From: a virus
Strand: one strand, 5' to 3'
IMG/VR virus record: IMGVR_UViG_3300010885_055964
Span: 64,001 to 128,000 of that record
Length of the DNA: 64,000 bases
Part shown: positions 9,683-18,747 of the stretch, piece by piece
Numbering within the stretch: position 1 is the stretch's first letter
Layout: every line of letters starts with the position of its first letter
The notes under the pieces: model-generated
Databases searched by the model: none
What the model saw: the letters and a program-made list of their open reading frames with translations, nothing else
Told to the model about the DNA's origin: nothing
Program-made: the position numbers and the translations under genes

Positions 9683-10522
9683 ATGCATAATTTACATATG
9701 CTGATAGATGCAAAAAATATATTATATAGAGCGATCTATGCTGTTAAAGCAGACCGCAGGTATGACGTAAAATACCATTATATCACTGTGCTTCTACGAC
9801 AATTTAGTAATTGGATTAATATATATAGACCTACTTCAGTAAGCATTTTCTGGGATGCTCCAAGAAAGACAGTATGGCGTAGATCGATATTGACTTCATA
9901 TAAAGACAGATCAACGAACCACTATATTGGTGATATATCAGAAGAATTGAGAACCACCACGGAAACTGCAAAGGAGCTGTTCGAAGCTATTAATGTTAGA
10001 CAATTCGAAAGGGATAATATGGAGGCGGATGATTTGATATATGCTACTACATCTATCTTACATCCTGCCCAGAGCATAATCGTTTCTTCAGATAGTGATA
10101 TGGTCCAGATACCTTTTACTTTTAATTCATGCAAATTATATGATCCGGGAAAAAAGCGAGAGGTAGTGATGCCGAGTGTCAATCCTGTGATGCAGAAGGC
10201 TTTGGTAGGAGACAAGTCGGATTGTATAGACGGTTACAGGGGAATAGGAGAGAAGAAGAGCCAAATATTGTTAGCTGATCATCATACATTAAATGAATAT
10301 TTAGATACCAATGGGACCAGTAAATTTAATCGAAATTTGCTTCTTATCGATCTATCATTATGTCCCAAATTAATGCATAATAAAATATATTGCTTAAGAA
10401 AATTAGCTTCGAAGACGAATTTCGACCAAAAGTTGGTCAATGAATTAATAATAAAACATAAGATAAATGGATTATTACAGGAATACCATGATATAGTATT
10501 ACCTTTTAGAGTATTGACATGA
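9683..10522 (+). CDS. 5'-3' exonuclease / RNase H (FEN, T4 RNase H-like)
   Basis: LIDAKNILYR, EADDLI, SSDSDMVQ, H3TH LVGDKSDCIDGYRGIGEKK. Confidence 0.92.
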   Translation: MHNLHMLIDAKNILYRAIYAVKADRRYDVKYHYITVLLRQFSNWINIYRPTSVSIFWDAPRKTVWRRSILTSYKDRSTNHYIGDISEELRTTTETAKELFEAINVRQFERDNMEADDLIYATTSILHPAQSIIVSSDSDMVQIPFTFNSCKLYDPGKKREVVMPSVNPVMQKALVGDKSDCIDGYRGIGEKKSQILLADHHTLNEYLDTNGTSKFNRNLLLIDLSLCPKLMHNKIYCLRKLASKTNFDQKLVNELIIKHKINGLLQEYHDIVLPFRVLT

Positions 10523-11295
10523 GAAAGTTTATAATACTAGCCCAACCAAGAACTGGCTCTACATTGATGACCAGCTTGATACAAAAAAGTGCACCCAAAG
10601 GAATAAGGTGTATCAATGAACCGATTAATCCTGTTGGGCACAAGCATCACATGAAGGGGCCATCTCCTCAATTAATACCACAAGAAATATTGTGTCACGA
10701 CATTACCAGAGCTTTAGACATATGCTTCGAACCGATATTTGAACATGTAGAAAATGATGTAAAACATGTATCATGGATAAAACATAGAAGAGATGGCCAT
10801 ATAGCCGCAGGTTTTAAGATAATGGCTCATCAAATTGAAGCACTACCACATGAACGTAAGTTTTGGGAATACTTACATAGGCACGATGTGAAGACTATCA
10901 TAATAACTAGAAATAATATATTAATGCAATGGATATCAGATTTGATAGTAAAGCAGACAAGGCAATGTGTCGTATGGAAGGGCCCTGTCATTAGAGCAAA
11001 GGTAGAGGTGCCATTAGCTGATATTGAATATAACCTTGATGAAATAATGCGCCAGAATAAGTATTTGTTGGATAAATCAGCTAGCTTAGATAGGCGTATA
11101 TTATGTTATGAGGATTTTAAAGATAATCATTTAGTGGTTGAAGAATCGTTACCATGGTTGTTGGGTATTAAATATGCTGTCAGTGCTCAGTGCAAAAAAC
11201 AAAATTCGGATGCATTATGCGCGAGAGTAACTAATTACGAACAATTGCGTTCTAGGATAATAGAATTAGGGTTAGAACAGTACTTAACAGATTGA
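10519..11295 (+). CDS. sulfotransferase (Stf0-like)
   Basis: 5'-PSB loop FIILAQPRTGSTL, GFKIM, 3'-PB-like RNNILMQWIS, YEDF. Confidence 0.8.
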   Translation: MRKFIILAQPRTGSTLMTSLIQKSAPKGIRCINEPINPVGHKHHMKGPSPQLIPQEILCHDITRALDICFEPIFEHVENDVKHVSWIKHRRDGHIAAGFKIMAHQIEALPHERKFWEYLHRHDVKTIIITRNNILMQWISDLIVKQTRQCVVWKGPVIRAKVEVPLADIEYNLDEIMRQNKYLLDKSASLDRRILCYEDFKDNHLVVEESLPWLLGIKYAVSAQCKKQNSDALCARVTNYEQLRSRIIELGLEQYLTD

Positions 11296-11305
11296 GGGCT
11301 TAACG

Positions 11306-11572
11306 ATGGCTATCGAGGTACATGTTGCCAGAGTCGGTTTGTTTAACGTGGATGCAACAGGCAATATTATGAGAAAGAATGATCCAGATATATCAATAAA
11401 GCAGCAATTAACCTCTAGCTTGGAACACTTGGTTATAGAGGACGCGAGTGTTCCAAATTCTGTGGGGAATCCAACTGTGACTGAATATATTAAATTAGAA
11501 GCGACAGATAATTTCGTCGTTCATCACATGGATCAAACGATGATACTTACATACGGGCCCTCCTTGGCCTAA
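11306..11572 (+). CDS. hypothetical protein
   Basis: 88-aa ORF, GAGGG SD. Confidence 0.6.
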   Translation: MAIEVHVARVGLFNVDATGNIMRKNDPDISIKQQLTSSLEHLVIEDASVPNSVGNPTVTEYIKLEATDNFVVHHMDQTMILTYGPSLA

Positions 11573-11632
11573 GTTATTTAGTAGCAATGGCTTATGCCCG
11601 ATGACCATTGTTTAGAATAGAAGGAACAACAT

Positions 11633-12325
11633 ATGGGTAATAGGATAATGGTATGCTTAGCTCCTGACTTCGATGCTGAGTTAGCTCCAATACCAGCTAT
11701 TAGATATAGAAATTGGTGGGAAGATAATAGAGCCACCCAGAATCATGCACGCCATTGTTTGCCATTAAATATGGCTAACAGTCTTGGATTTTACATTCTA
11801 TCGCCTGGTACATTTAAGGTTAGATGGAATGGTGATGTTCATTCTAGGGCCGTGATCGAACATATAGATAAATCATCACATTACGAGGTAGATGATCATG
11901 CTTCGTTTGCCAGTTTTACAGTGCAAGCAAAATTTATCCCTGTTACTGATGATCCAGGAGACTTTGTGTATATCAAAGGCATACCTAATATGCGATGTAC
12001 ACCATATACTTGTATGGAAGCGATAATAGAAGCGTGGTGGAGCGTTGCTAACTTTGGTTTGGTTTTTATGATTAATCAGCCCGGTGAATTTACTATAGAA
12101 AAAGGCCATCCTATCGCTCAAATGTTCATGTATCATGGGGCAGCTGGGGCCGCCATAGGTGAATTACATCATGGGCATCCAGAAGGTCATCGAGAATGGT
12201 TAGCACGAAGATCTAGACCAGATTATGTCAAAGATTATGATTATTTGAAGGGAAATAACTTTTCAGGTGACAGCATTGAGTCGCATGTAAGTAATTGGAA
12301 AGATGCAGCCAAATTCAGAAAGTGA
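11633..12325 (+). CDS. DUF6065-like protein (dUTPase-like beta fold)
   Basis: HCLPLNMANSLGFYILSP; FTIEKGHPIAQ resembles dUTPase motif 4. Confidence 0.7.
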   Translation: MGNRIMVCLAPDFDAELAPIPAIRYRNWWEDNRATQNHARHCLPLNMANSLGFYILSPGTFKVRWNGDVHSRAVIEHIDKSSHYEVDDHASFASFTVQAKFIPVTDDPGDFVYIKGIPNMRCTPYTCMEAIIEAWWSVANFGLVFMINQPGEFTIEKGHPIAQMFMYHGAAGAAIGELHHGHPEGHREWLARRSRPDYVKDYDYLKGNNFSGDSIESHVSNWKDAAKFRK

Positions 12326-12328
12326 CCT

Positions 12329-13132
12329 ATGTCTATAGATAACTGGGTAAATCCGATATATTTGCAAGATCGGGTAGTGGAAGATATCAAAGAATCAATA
12401 CTAGCTAAGCCTGTTGTTAAATATGCTGTGTTAGATAATTTCTTCATAGAAGATAAGATAGATCTATTAATAAATAAGCATCAGTCTTTGGCTTTTAGCG
12501 AAGCAGCAGACAGAGTCACCACCAGCGGTGTAATATTGCCGTATGATGGGTCAGTGAAATTCGCTGACAAGAATGATGTAGGTGCTGATTTGTTTTTTGA
12601 TCCAGAATGGCATAGATATTGTGCTTATATTACTGGCACCGAATTATCTGATCCTGCTGGTACCGAAGTTAAACTACGATATCATCGAGGCATGGCTGAT
12701 GGATTTTGGATCCATACCGATTCGACCATAAGGGATTTAGTAATAATAGCATATTTTAATAAGGGATGGACCGCTGCCGATGGAGGATTATTACAATTAT
12801 GGAGGGTGGATGAGACACATGACATTAATGCATATAAAGTAAATGCACCTAGTGGTCGTATGGATTTTCTAAGAACTAATAGCAGAATAAGCACAGTTAC
12901 CCCTGGAGGTGGTTTTCCTGATAAAAGACCACATGATTTGGTTCTGATAGACCAAGTAGTGCCCACATATAATCGAGTTTTTATATGTAACCTCAAGGCA
13001 GAACCTGCTTATCATAGCGTAACACCGAGCAATGGAAGAGAACGCTTGGGCTTTGTGCAGTGGTTATATGATTTGAGGAATGGAAAGAGAAGAGAAGAAC
13101 ATATCCCAGATTATAAGAATAATCATAAGTAG
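12329..13132 (+). CDS. 2OG-Fe(II) oxygenase (prolyl-hydroxylase-like)
   Basis: HxD in FWIHTD, YFNKGW...DGGLLQLW, distal His and Arg in AYHSVTPSNGRERL. Confidence 0.88.
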   Translation: MSIDNWVNPIYLQDRVVEDIKESILAKPVVKYAVLDNFFIEDKIDLLINKHQSLAFSEAADRVTTSGVILPYDGSVKFADKNDVGADLFFDPEWHRYCAYITGTELSDPAGTEVKLRYHRGMADGFWIHTDSTIRDLVIIAYFNKGWTAADGGLLQLWRVDETHDINAYKVNAPSGRMDFLRTNSRISTVTPGGGFPDKRPHDLVLIDQVVPTYNRVFICNLKAEPAYHSVTPSNGRERLGFVQWLYDLRNGKRREEHIPDYKNNHK

Positions 13133-13144
13133 GGTATATAATGC

Positions 13145-13582
13145 ATGAACGATTACGTTACTAGTAATAAACTGAGTCAATACCGTAAAGATGAGAAACC
13201 AGAGAAATGCCCTATTCTGGATGTGGCTGATTTTAAACCAGTAGTCGACCACGACCATGTGACTGGGAAAGTCAGAGGAGTGATATCTTCAGAAGGTAAT
13301 GTGTTAATAGGTAAGATCGAGAATTGTTTTAGATCTAGGTGTGTCGATAGCGATTTAGAATTGCCGAATGTTCTTAGAAGAATAGCATTATATCTTGAGC
13401 AGGATCAAGGACCATATCACCCAGTAGGTGTTCGGCAATTGGTCAAGCGTTTTGCTAGAATGGTAAAAGAAGACCAATATACGATATTATTGACCCATTA
13501 TTGTGTCGAATCTATCGAGGAGTGTAGTAATTCTACCGACAGGGCAAAGTTATATAGAAAGATGTTAGTCGGAGAGCAATAA
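13145..13582 (+). CDS. endonuclease VII-like junction resolvase
   Basis: KCPIL..VVDHDHVTGKVRGVI..EGN..IGKIE. Confidence 0.85.
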   Translation: MNDYVTSNKLSQYRKDEKPEKCPILDVADFKPVVDHDHVTGKVRGVISSEGNVLIGKIENCFRSRCVDSDLELPNVLRRIALYLEQDQGPYHPVGVRQLVKRFARMVKEDQYTILLTHYCVESIEECSNSTDRAKLYRKMLVGEQ

Positions 13583-13725
13583 TGGCATGTAGCTCCTGTG
13601 GTAGAGCGGGTGCGATCAGATCTACAGGGCTGGTAGTGAAATATTCTGCACAAATGCCTATTAGGATTAGAGCTTCATCAACGGAGCCGTTGAGACCTGC
13701 TAACGACGCAGATAAGAGGCGATAA
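13582..13725 (+). CDS. 47-aa basic peptide with MACSSCG N-terminus
   Basis: Read by hand; TAATG overlaps at both ends (13580-84, 13723-27). Confidence 0.6.
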   Translation: MACSSCGRAGAIRSTGLVVKYSAQMPIRIRASSTEPLRPANDADKRR

Positions 13726-14009
13726 TGTGTTGTGGTAAGTCGAATAGTTCTAACAAGACTATAAGAACACAGAAAATACAGAAGCAGCGAGTCGTTAAGC
13801 CTAGCAAGCAGGCTTCTGCACGAGAAATATCAAGAGCTAAAGCCGCTACGAGTAATACTATAAAGACGTCATCTATCCCGGCACAAAGACAAAGGATGAC
13901 TAGAACTGATCGATGTAGTGAATGTAATCATCCTGTGGTTATGGTAAATATCGCAGGCAGAGAAAGAGAGCAGTGTTCTAATCCAGGATGTAGAAAAATA
14001 AAAAGATGA
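13725..14009 (+). CDS. basic protein with MCCG N-terminus and C-terminal Zn ribbon
   Basis: MCCGKS...CSECNHP...CSNPGC. Confidence 0.7.
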   Translation: MCCGKSNSSNKTIRTQKIQKQRVVKPSKQASAREISRAKAATSNTIKTSSIPAQRQRMTRTDRCSECNHPVVMVNIAGREREQCSNPGCRKIKR

Positions 14010-14452
14010 TAGAAATATCTATAATACTATTGAGTATAATACTATTATCTTTGGCTGTTGAAGCAGTCACCGAAATAATAACATCGTCAGAGATAGCCAA
14101 ACCTGTTCATGCTATGATATATCGATTGGCTTTTACTAATCCCCCTGTAGACACCATGGCTACTAGAATATGGTCATGGGCATATAAGTTAATAACTTGC
14201 GGTTATTGTACGAGTGTTTGGGTATCTCTATTGGTATGTCTATTGCTAAGCCACACTATCATGCACGAATACATTAATATTGTAATATTAGTTTTTGTGA
14301 TACATAGACTGTCTAACTGGATTCATGTTATTTATGAATTAGTTAGAAAGGGTAGAGTAAATACTCTTGATATAGCATTAAGCGTGGAGGAGAAATCAGA
14401 TGGAGGCATTAGAGAAAGCATTACAGAGGGAGGGCCAGAAGCTGGGTCCTGA
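14006..14452 (+). CDS. DUF1360-like membrane protein
   Basis: TM helices around LITCGYCTSVWV. Confidence 0.65.
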   Translation: MIEISIILLSIILLSLAVEAVTEIITSSEIAKPVHAMIYRLAFTNPPVDTMATRIWSWAYKLITCGYCTSVWVSLLVCLLLSHTIMHEYINIVILVFVIHRLSNWIHVIYELVRKGRVNTLDIALSVEEKSDGGIRESITEGGPEAGS

Positions 14453-14909
14453 TATATTTAATCAGGTCGAAGTTAAAACATTAGCAGATATACAAAGAAT
14501 ATTAACTGAATTTGATCCAGCAAAGAATAAGCCCCATAACGATATTCCAATATCTACTATACTCAACGAGGTAGAGGGTGGCAAGAATGTGGCATATAAT
14601 GTATCGGCTTCTACTAAATCAAAAAGTAAAAGAGACATGTTGGTAGAAGGAATGGCATTGATACAAAGAAGGCTAGAAACGTCAGAAGAAATAGCTAATG
14701 CTACTGAAGAGATTGAGATAAATGGTAGGTATGTCAAGCCAGCTATATTGCGTAGCAACACACAAGGACATGCATGGGTAGATCCATTGATTAAGCAATG
14801 GACCGGCGGTAGAAGAGATGGAACATTAATCGTTTGGGACTTAGATGATGGCTATCAATACAGGTACGAGATCTTCACCCACAAGCTCACCCGGATTAAC
14901 AAGCAATGA
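14400..14909 (+). CDS. hypothetical protein
   Basis: 169-aa ORF, GGAG SD. Confidence 0.65.
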   Translation: MEALEKALQREGQKLGPDIFNQVEVKTLADIQRILTEFDPAKNKPHNDIPISTILNEVEGGKNVAYNVSASTKSKSKRDMLVEGMALIQRRLETSEEIANATEEIEINGRYVKPAILRSNTQGHAWVDPLIKQWTGGRRDGTLIVWDLDDGYQYRYEIFTHKLTRINKQ

Positions 14910-15219
14910 TAAGACGCAACTGCCGCCATTAGCCTATCATAGACCAAGGTCACTATACAGTCCTGTATATGGTGATTTAGTGGTGTGGTCTAAGTGGTTT
15001 ACCACCTGGTACGGTGTAGTAATAAACTATGACGCCAAAAGCAGTAAGATGGAAGTCATATTTGAGGGATTGCCCATACTATTGTTCACTATGAACGAAC
15101 AAGCACAGTCTGAGAACATTTTTACTCTGGATTATTTGGAGCTTAAGAATGCGAAGAACGGCAAGTACGCTATCTTACAACGAGATCCCACGACCAGAGA
15201 GCCCATCTGGTATATCTAG
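14845..15219 (+). CDS. hypothetical protein, possible SH3-like barrel (start uncertain)
   Basis: GDLVVW..WYGVVINYD..MEVIF; the N-terminal extension overlaps the upstream gene. Confidence 0.55.
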   Translation: MMAINTGTRSSPTSSPGLTSNDKTQLPPLAYHRPRSLYSPVYGDLVVWSKWFTTWYGVVINYDAKSSKMEVIFEGLPILLFTMNEQAQSENIFTLDYLELKNAKNGKYAILQRDPTTREPIWYI

Positions 15220-15799
15220 GAGCACTCTGCCAAAAGTACTACCATACACCATATTAGAACCACTAGCCGTTGATGGACCATTAAAGAATATATTTTGTTA
15301 TATTATAAAGTATTATGGTGAAGAAGGATTATCTGTCCTTATTTATAGGCAAAAATCAAAAGATCAAGTGGTGACCATATTTGGTGACTGGCACGGAAAT
15401 AGCATTGACATTACACAAGGAGAAAGTTCAGACACTAAGCTGTGTTCATCCTTCATACAATCAGACTTGGTAAATGTGTTAGACATGATGCGTGTTATAA
15501 ATATAGACCAGGCACAATACTTTTTTGGTGTTGATCAGCATGGATTAGTGCTGTGCGACGTACAGATATCGATTAATAAGATGGTTGGCCCTGGCATGGT
15601 AAAGGATGTATTTGGTAAGATATTGAGAACACAGGATGTGATTAAGACAGAGATATTAGATGACAGGGCCATGGAAGCTATTATCAAAGGTAACGGATCT
15701 TATGAAGGAGATTTAATAATCAAACCTTCAAGATTTCGATTAAATCATAAAATGGAAGATCAGTCTTATCAACCATTGTACGCTAAGGTAATCAGATAA
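15149..15799 (+). CDS. RNA/DNA-ligase-like nucleotidyltransferase fold (start uncertain, possibly 15227)
   Basis: Ordered motifs IKYYG (I), LVLCDV (IIIa), YEGDLIIKP (IV), LYAKVIR (V). Confidence 0.5.
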   Translation: MRRTASTLSYNEIPRPESPSGISRSTLPKVLPYTILEPLAVDGPLKNIFCYIIKYYGEEGLSVLIYRQKSKDQVVTIFGDWHGNSIDITQGESSDTKLCSSFIQSDLVNVLDMMRVINIDQAQYFFGVDQHGLVLCDVQISINKMVGPGMVKDVFGKILRTQDVIKTEILDDRAMEAIIKGNGSYEGDLIIKPSRFRLNHKMEDQSYQPLYAKVIR

Positions 15800-17790
15800 T
15801 GCCTTATTATATAAATCCTAATCCATATATAGTGCCTCTAGTAGGGGCTGATGGGTTAGTAATAAGAATAAGACCACATTCTAAGATAGAATTACCTGCT
15901 TATTTTGACCGATATGTCAGTCGCGGATTAATAAGGGCAGTAGGTTCGGGAGAATTGAATATAGAAGCTAAGATACAACCAAAGTTGGCTGAGCTGAAGA
16001 GAATAGCAAGAACTGGTACTAATAAACCCATCGTCGACGCTGGACAGAATAAACATACTGAGATATTGGGGATAGACAAGTCAAAGCTCAAAGATCGACG
16101 CACACTGAGAAGCCAGAAGAATACAGTAAAACAGAGTAAGCCAAATAAAACCAGAAAGCCTACTGAGCACCAGAAGCGTACACCTGAGATAATCGATCGT
16201 TCTACATCTGATATAGAAAAAATAGTCGGTATAGCTGTCAATAAGAAAGCCCATATATCGATGTCTTCATATTTAAATGGAGAACGAGTTCCATTGAGTA
16301 ATAATATCGGAGTAGGAATACTATCTTATCAACGGTATAAGAGCCTTAAGAGATTAGTAACATCTATACGTCGGCACACTAATATATATAAAACAACCGT
16401 GTTTATTAGTGATGATGGTAGCACAGACCCAGAATTGGTCGAATACCTAAACGAATTAGATGCGTCCGGTGATTTTACGATTATTAGAAGCACACACAGG
16501 CTGGGTGTGGCTGGTAATAGTAACCGACTGCTCAGGTGTTTAAGCAGATTTAAATATGGCATATTGTTAAATGATGATGTAGAAGTTTTAGATGAAGGAT
16601 GGGAATACTTTTATACGCGCGCTTTAGAACAAACAGGAATGCATCATTTGATGCTCAGGCAGAATGGCATATATGGTGCTAAACAAGGAGTGCCGGTTAA
16701 CGCTAGCGGGATCATACTGAATAAGGTCGACGATAAACCACAAGGAGCTGTGTTAGTCTTCACCCACAAGATGCTGAACAGTTGTGGTTATTTCAATGAG
16801 CAATATGGTTTATATGGAATGGAACATGTCGATTGGTCCGCGAAAGCACACGAGTTCGGCTTACAGCAAAGAGGCTTTTATGATGTGATGGGCTCAGACA
16901 GATACATGATGCTGCATGATGAAAGATCAGCGGTGAGTGATAGAGAAGCGTCACTTGCCAAGGCAAAAGCCATCTTTAAGGACAGAGAGCCTAGACAGAA
17001 GGTGCCTCCTAGTGCAGTATCAGCCGTAGATGAAATAACATATATTATACCTTTTAGAGACCATGAGAGAACAGGTGCTATCAAAACAGTATTAAATAAT
17101 ATTAGGGCACAGCGGTTTCCTGTGATACATATAATCATATCTGAACAGGATGTGGTTTCCCGTATAGACGTCCAAGCGTATGAACCGGTATCTTATGTAA
17201 TGGCCAGCAAAGACGAACAGCTTTTTAATAAGTCATATGCTTTTAACCAAGCAGTGGTTGTAGCCACCAGTGATAAATTGATATTACATGATGCTGACAT
17301 GATGACATTCGGAGATTATGCTAGGAAAATATGGCAAATATTAGAACATGCTGACGCATGTCATATTGGCTCTAGAGTATTGTATACAGATAAACAATCA
17401 TGTGAACAAATCAATATCACTGGAGAAATGGGAGAGTCGACGATATGTGAACGAGTGGTCGGTTATTATGAGGGTGGCTCGTTAGCATGCACAAAGAGAG
17501 CATATTGGCGTTGTGGTGCTTTTAATGAAGATTTCTATGGATATGGATGCGAAGACTGTGACTTTTACAAACGCTTGTCTGAGTCATCCAATTGGTGTGG
17601 AGATCGTGACTATGATCTGATTCACTTATGGCACTCTCGAGTAGAAGGATGGAATGACCATCACGATATTAATAAAGAGCTAGAATCATATCTGAAAAAA
17701 TTATCAGTAAGCCAAAGAATAAACAAACAAATAACCCAGCTTAAACAAAATGGGTATGGACAGACTTTAAGAGAGATGGGCATATCGTGA
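15799..17790 (+). CDS. tandem glycosyltransferase (GT2 + GT2/GT7-like) with extra N-terminal domain
   Basis: ILSYQR..FISDDGS..LLNDDV..GMEHVD; IIPFRD..FNKSYAFN..HDAD..FNEDFYGYGCEDCDF. Confidence 0.9.
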   Translation: MPYYINPNPYIVPLVGADGLVIRIRPHSKIELPAYFDRYVSRGLIRAVGSGELNIEAKIQPKLAELKRIARTGTNKPIVDAGQNKHTEILGIDKSKLKDRRTLRSQKNTVKQSKPNKTRKPTEHQKRTPEIIDRSTSDIEKIVGIAVNKKAHISMSSYLNGERVPLSNNIGVGILSYQRYKSLKRLVTSIRRHTNIYKTTVFISDDGSTDPELVEYLNELDASGDFTIIRSTHRLGVAGNSNRLLRCLSRFKYGILLNDDVEVLDEGWEYFYTRALEQTGMHHLMLRQNGIYGAKQGVPVNASGIILNKVDDKPQGAVLVFTHKMLNSCGYFNEQYGLYGMEHVDWSAKAHEFGLQQRGFYDVMGSDRYMMLHDERSAVSDREASLAKAKAIFKDREPRQKVPPSAVSAVDEITYIIPFRDHERTGAIKTVLNNIRAQRFPVIHIIISEQDVVSRIDVQAYEPVSYVMASKDEQLFNKSYAFNQAVVVATSDKLILHDADMMTFGDYARKIWQILEHADACHIGSRVLYTDKQSCEQINITGEMGESTICERVVGYYEGGSLACTKRAYWRCGAFNEDFYGYGCEDCDFYKRLSESSNWCGDRDYDLIHLWHSRVEGWNDHHDINKELESYLKKLSVSQRINKQITQLKQNGYGQTLREMGIS

Positions 17791-18746
17791 ATATTTTATT
17801 ATGCCACCGACCGGATGGTGCTTTTGGATACATTTCTGATGGGTGGCAAAACGCTCTACACGATAAGGGCCATCAAGTAAGAAGATGGGATGGGCGAATA
17901 GAATCATGGCGTGAGTTTAAACCAAAAGTATATATTGGCTGTTCAGGCCATAAACAGCCTATACCAAAAGAACGAAATGATTGCAAAATAGCATTGCACG
18001 TCAACCCACATGGTCCTGTAGAAATAGAAGGAATAAACGAATCACTTGATAACGTACAATGGGTAGTAGAGCAGAAGCCCGATGTTGTGTTTGGCTACGG
18101 TCATGATGATGATGGCATAATGTGGAGTGGGTGGTCCGCTCAATATGGTATCGATTGGGTACCCATGCCTTGTGCAGCAGATCGAGTATTATTTAAAAAA
18201 GTTAAATCATATGATGATCGTGATTTGGATCTAGTTTATTTAGGTGGTAGGTGGAAATATAAAGCTAAAACTATAGATGCATATTTAATACCTGTGATTG
18301 AAGAACTAAAACTACAAAATCGGAAAATGGCTGTGAGGGGTTGGGGAGAATGGCCAGATAAAATATGCGGTGGCACACTAGCCAGCGATCAAGTTAATTC
18401 TTTTTTGAACAGTGGTAAAATAGCTCCTTGTATATCTGAGCAGCACACCCACCAATACGGGATCGATATACCAGAGAGAGCTTTTAAGGTGGCTCTTTGT
18501 GGTGCGTTAGTGATACACGATTCTGTATTACACCTGAGGCGTATGATACCATCAGCATTAGTAGCTGCAAATCCCCAACATTTTAGAGATTTATGTTTGC
18601 ATTATATAAATAATGACGCAGAGAGAGTCGAAATAGCTCGTAAGCAACATGATGAGGTGCTGGCTAATCATACATATCATCACCGTATGGCTGGTTTGTT
18701 AAAGTTGCTTGGGTTTGAGGACCAGGCTAAGCAAATGTTGGTGTAA
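17787..18746 (+). CDS. GT-B glycosyltransferase (CgeB/DUF3880-like)
   Basis: DLVYLGG, RAFKVALCGALVIHD, VLANHTYHHRM. Confidence 0.8.
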   Translation: MNILLCHRPDGAFGYISDGWQNALHDKGHQVRRWDGRIESWREFKPKVYIGCSGHKQPIPKERNDCKIALHVNPHGPVEIEGINESLDNVQWVVEQKPDVVFGYGHDDDGIMWSGWSAQYGIDWVPMPCAADRVLFKKVKSYDDRDLDLVYLGGRWKYKAKTIDAYLIPVIEELKLQNRKMAVRGWGEWPDKICGGTLASDQVNSFLNSGKIAPCISEQHTHQYGIDIPERAFKVALCGALVIHDSVLHLRRMIPSALVAANPQHFRDLCLHYINNDAERVEIARKQHDEVLANHTYHHRMAGLLKLLGFEDQAKQMLV

Positions 18747-18747
18747 T

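Noticed and set aside
11633-12325. Functional dUTPase call
   Set aside because: Only a motif-4-like segment is recognisable; motifs 2, 3 and 5 not evident
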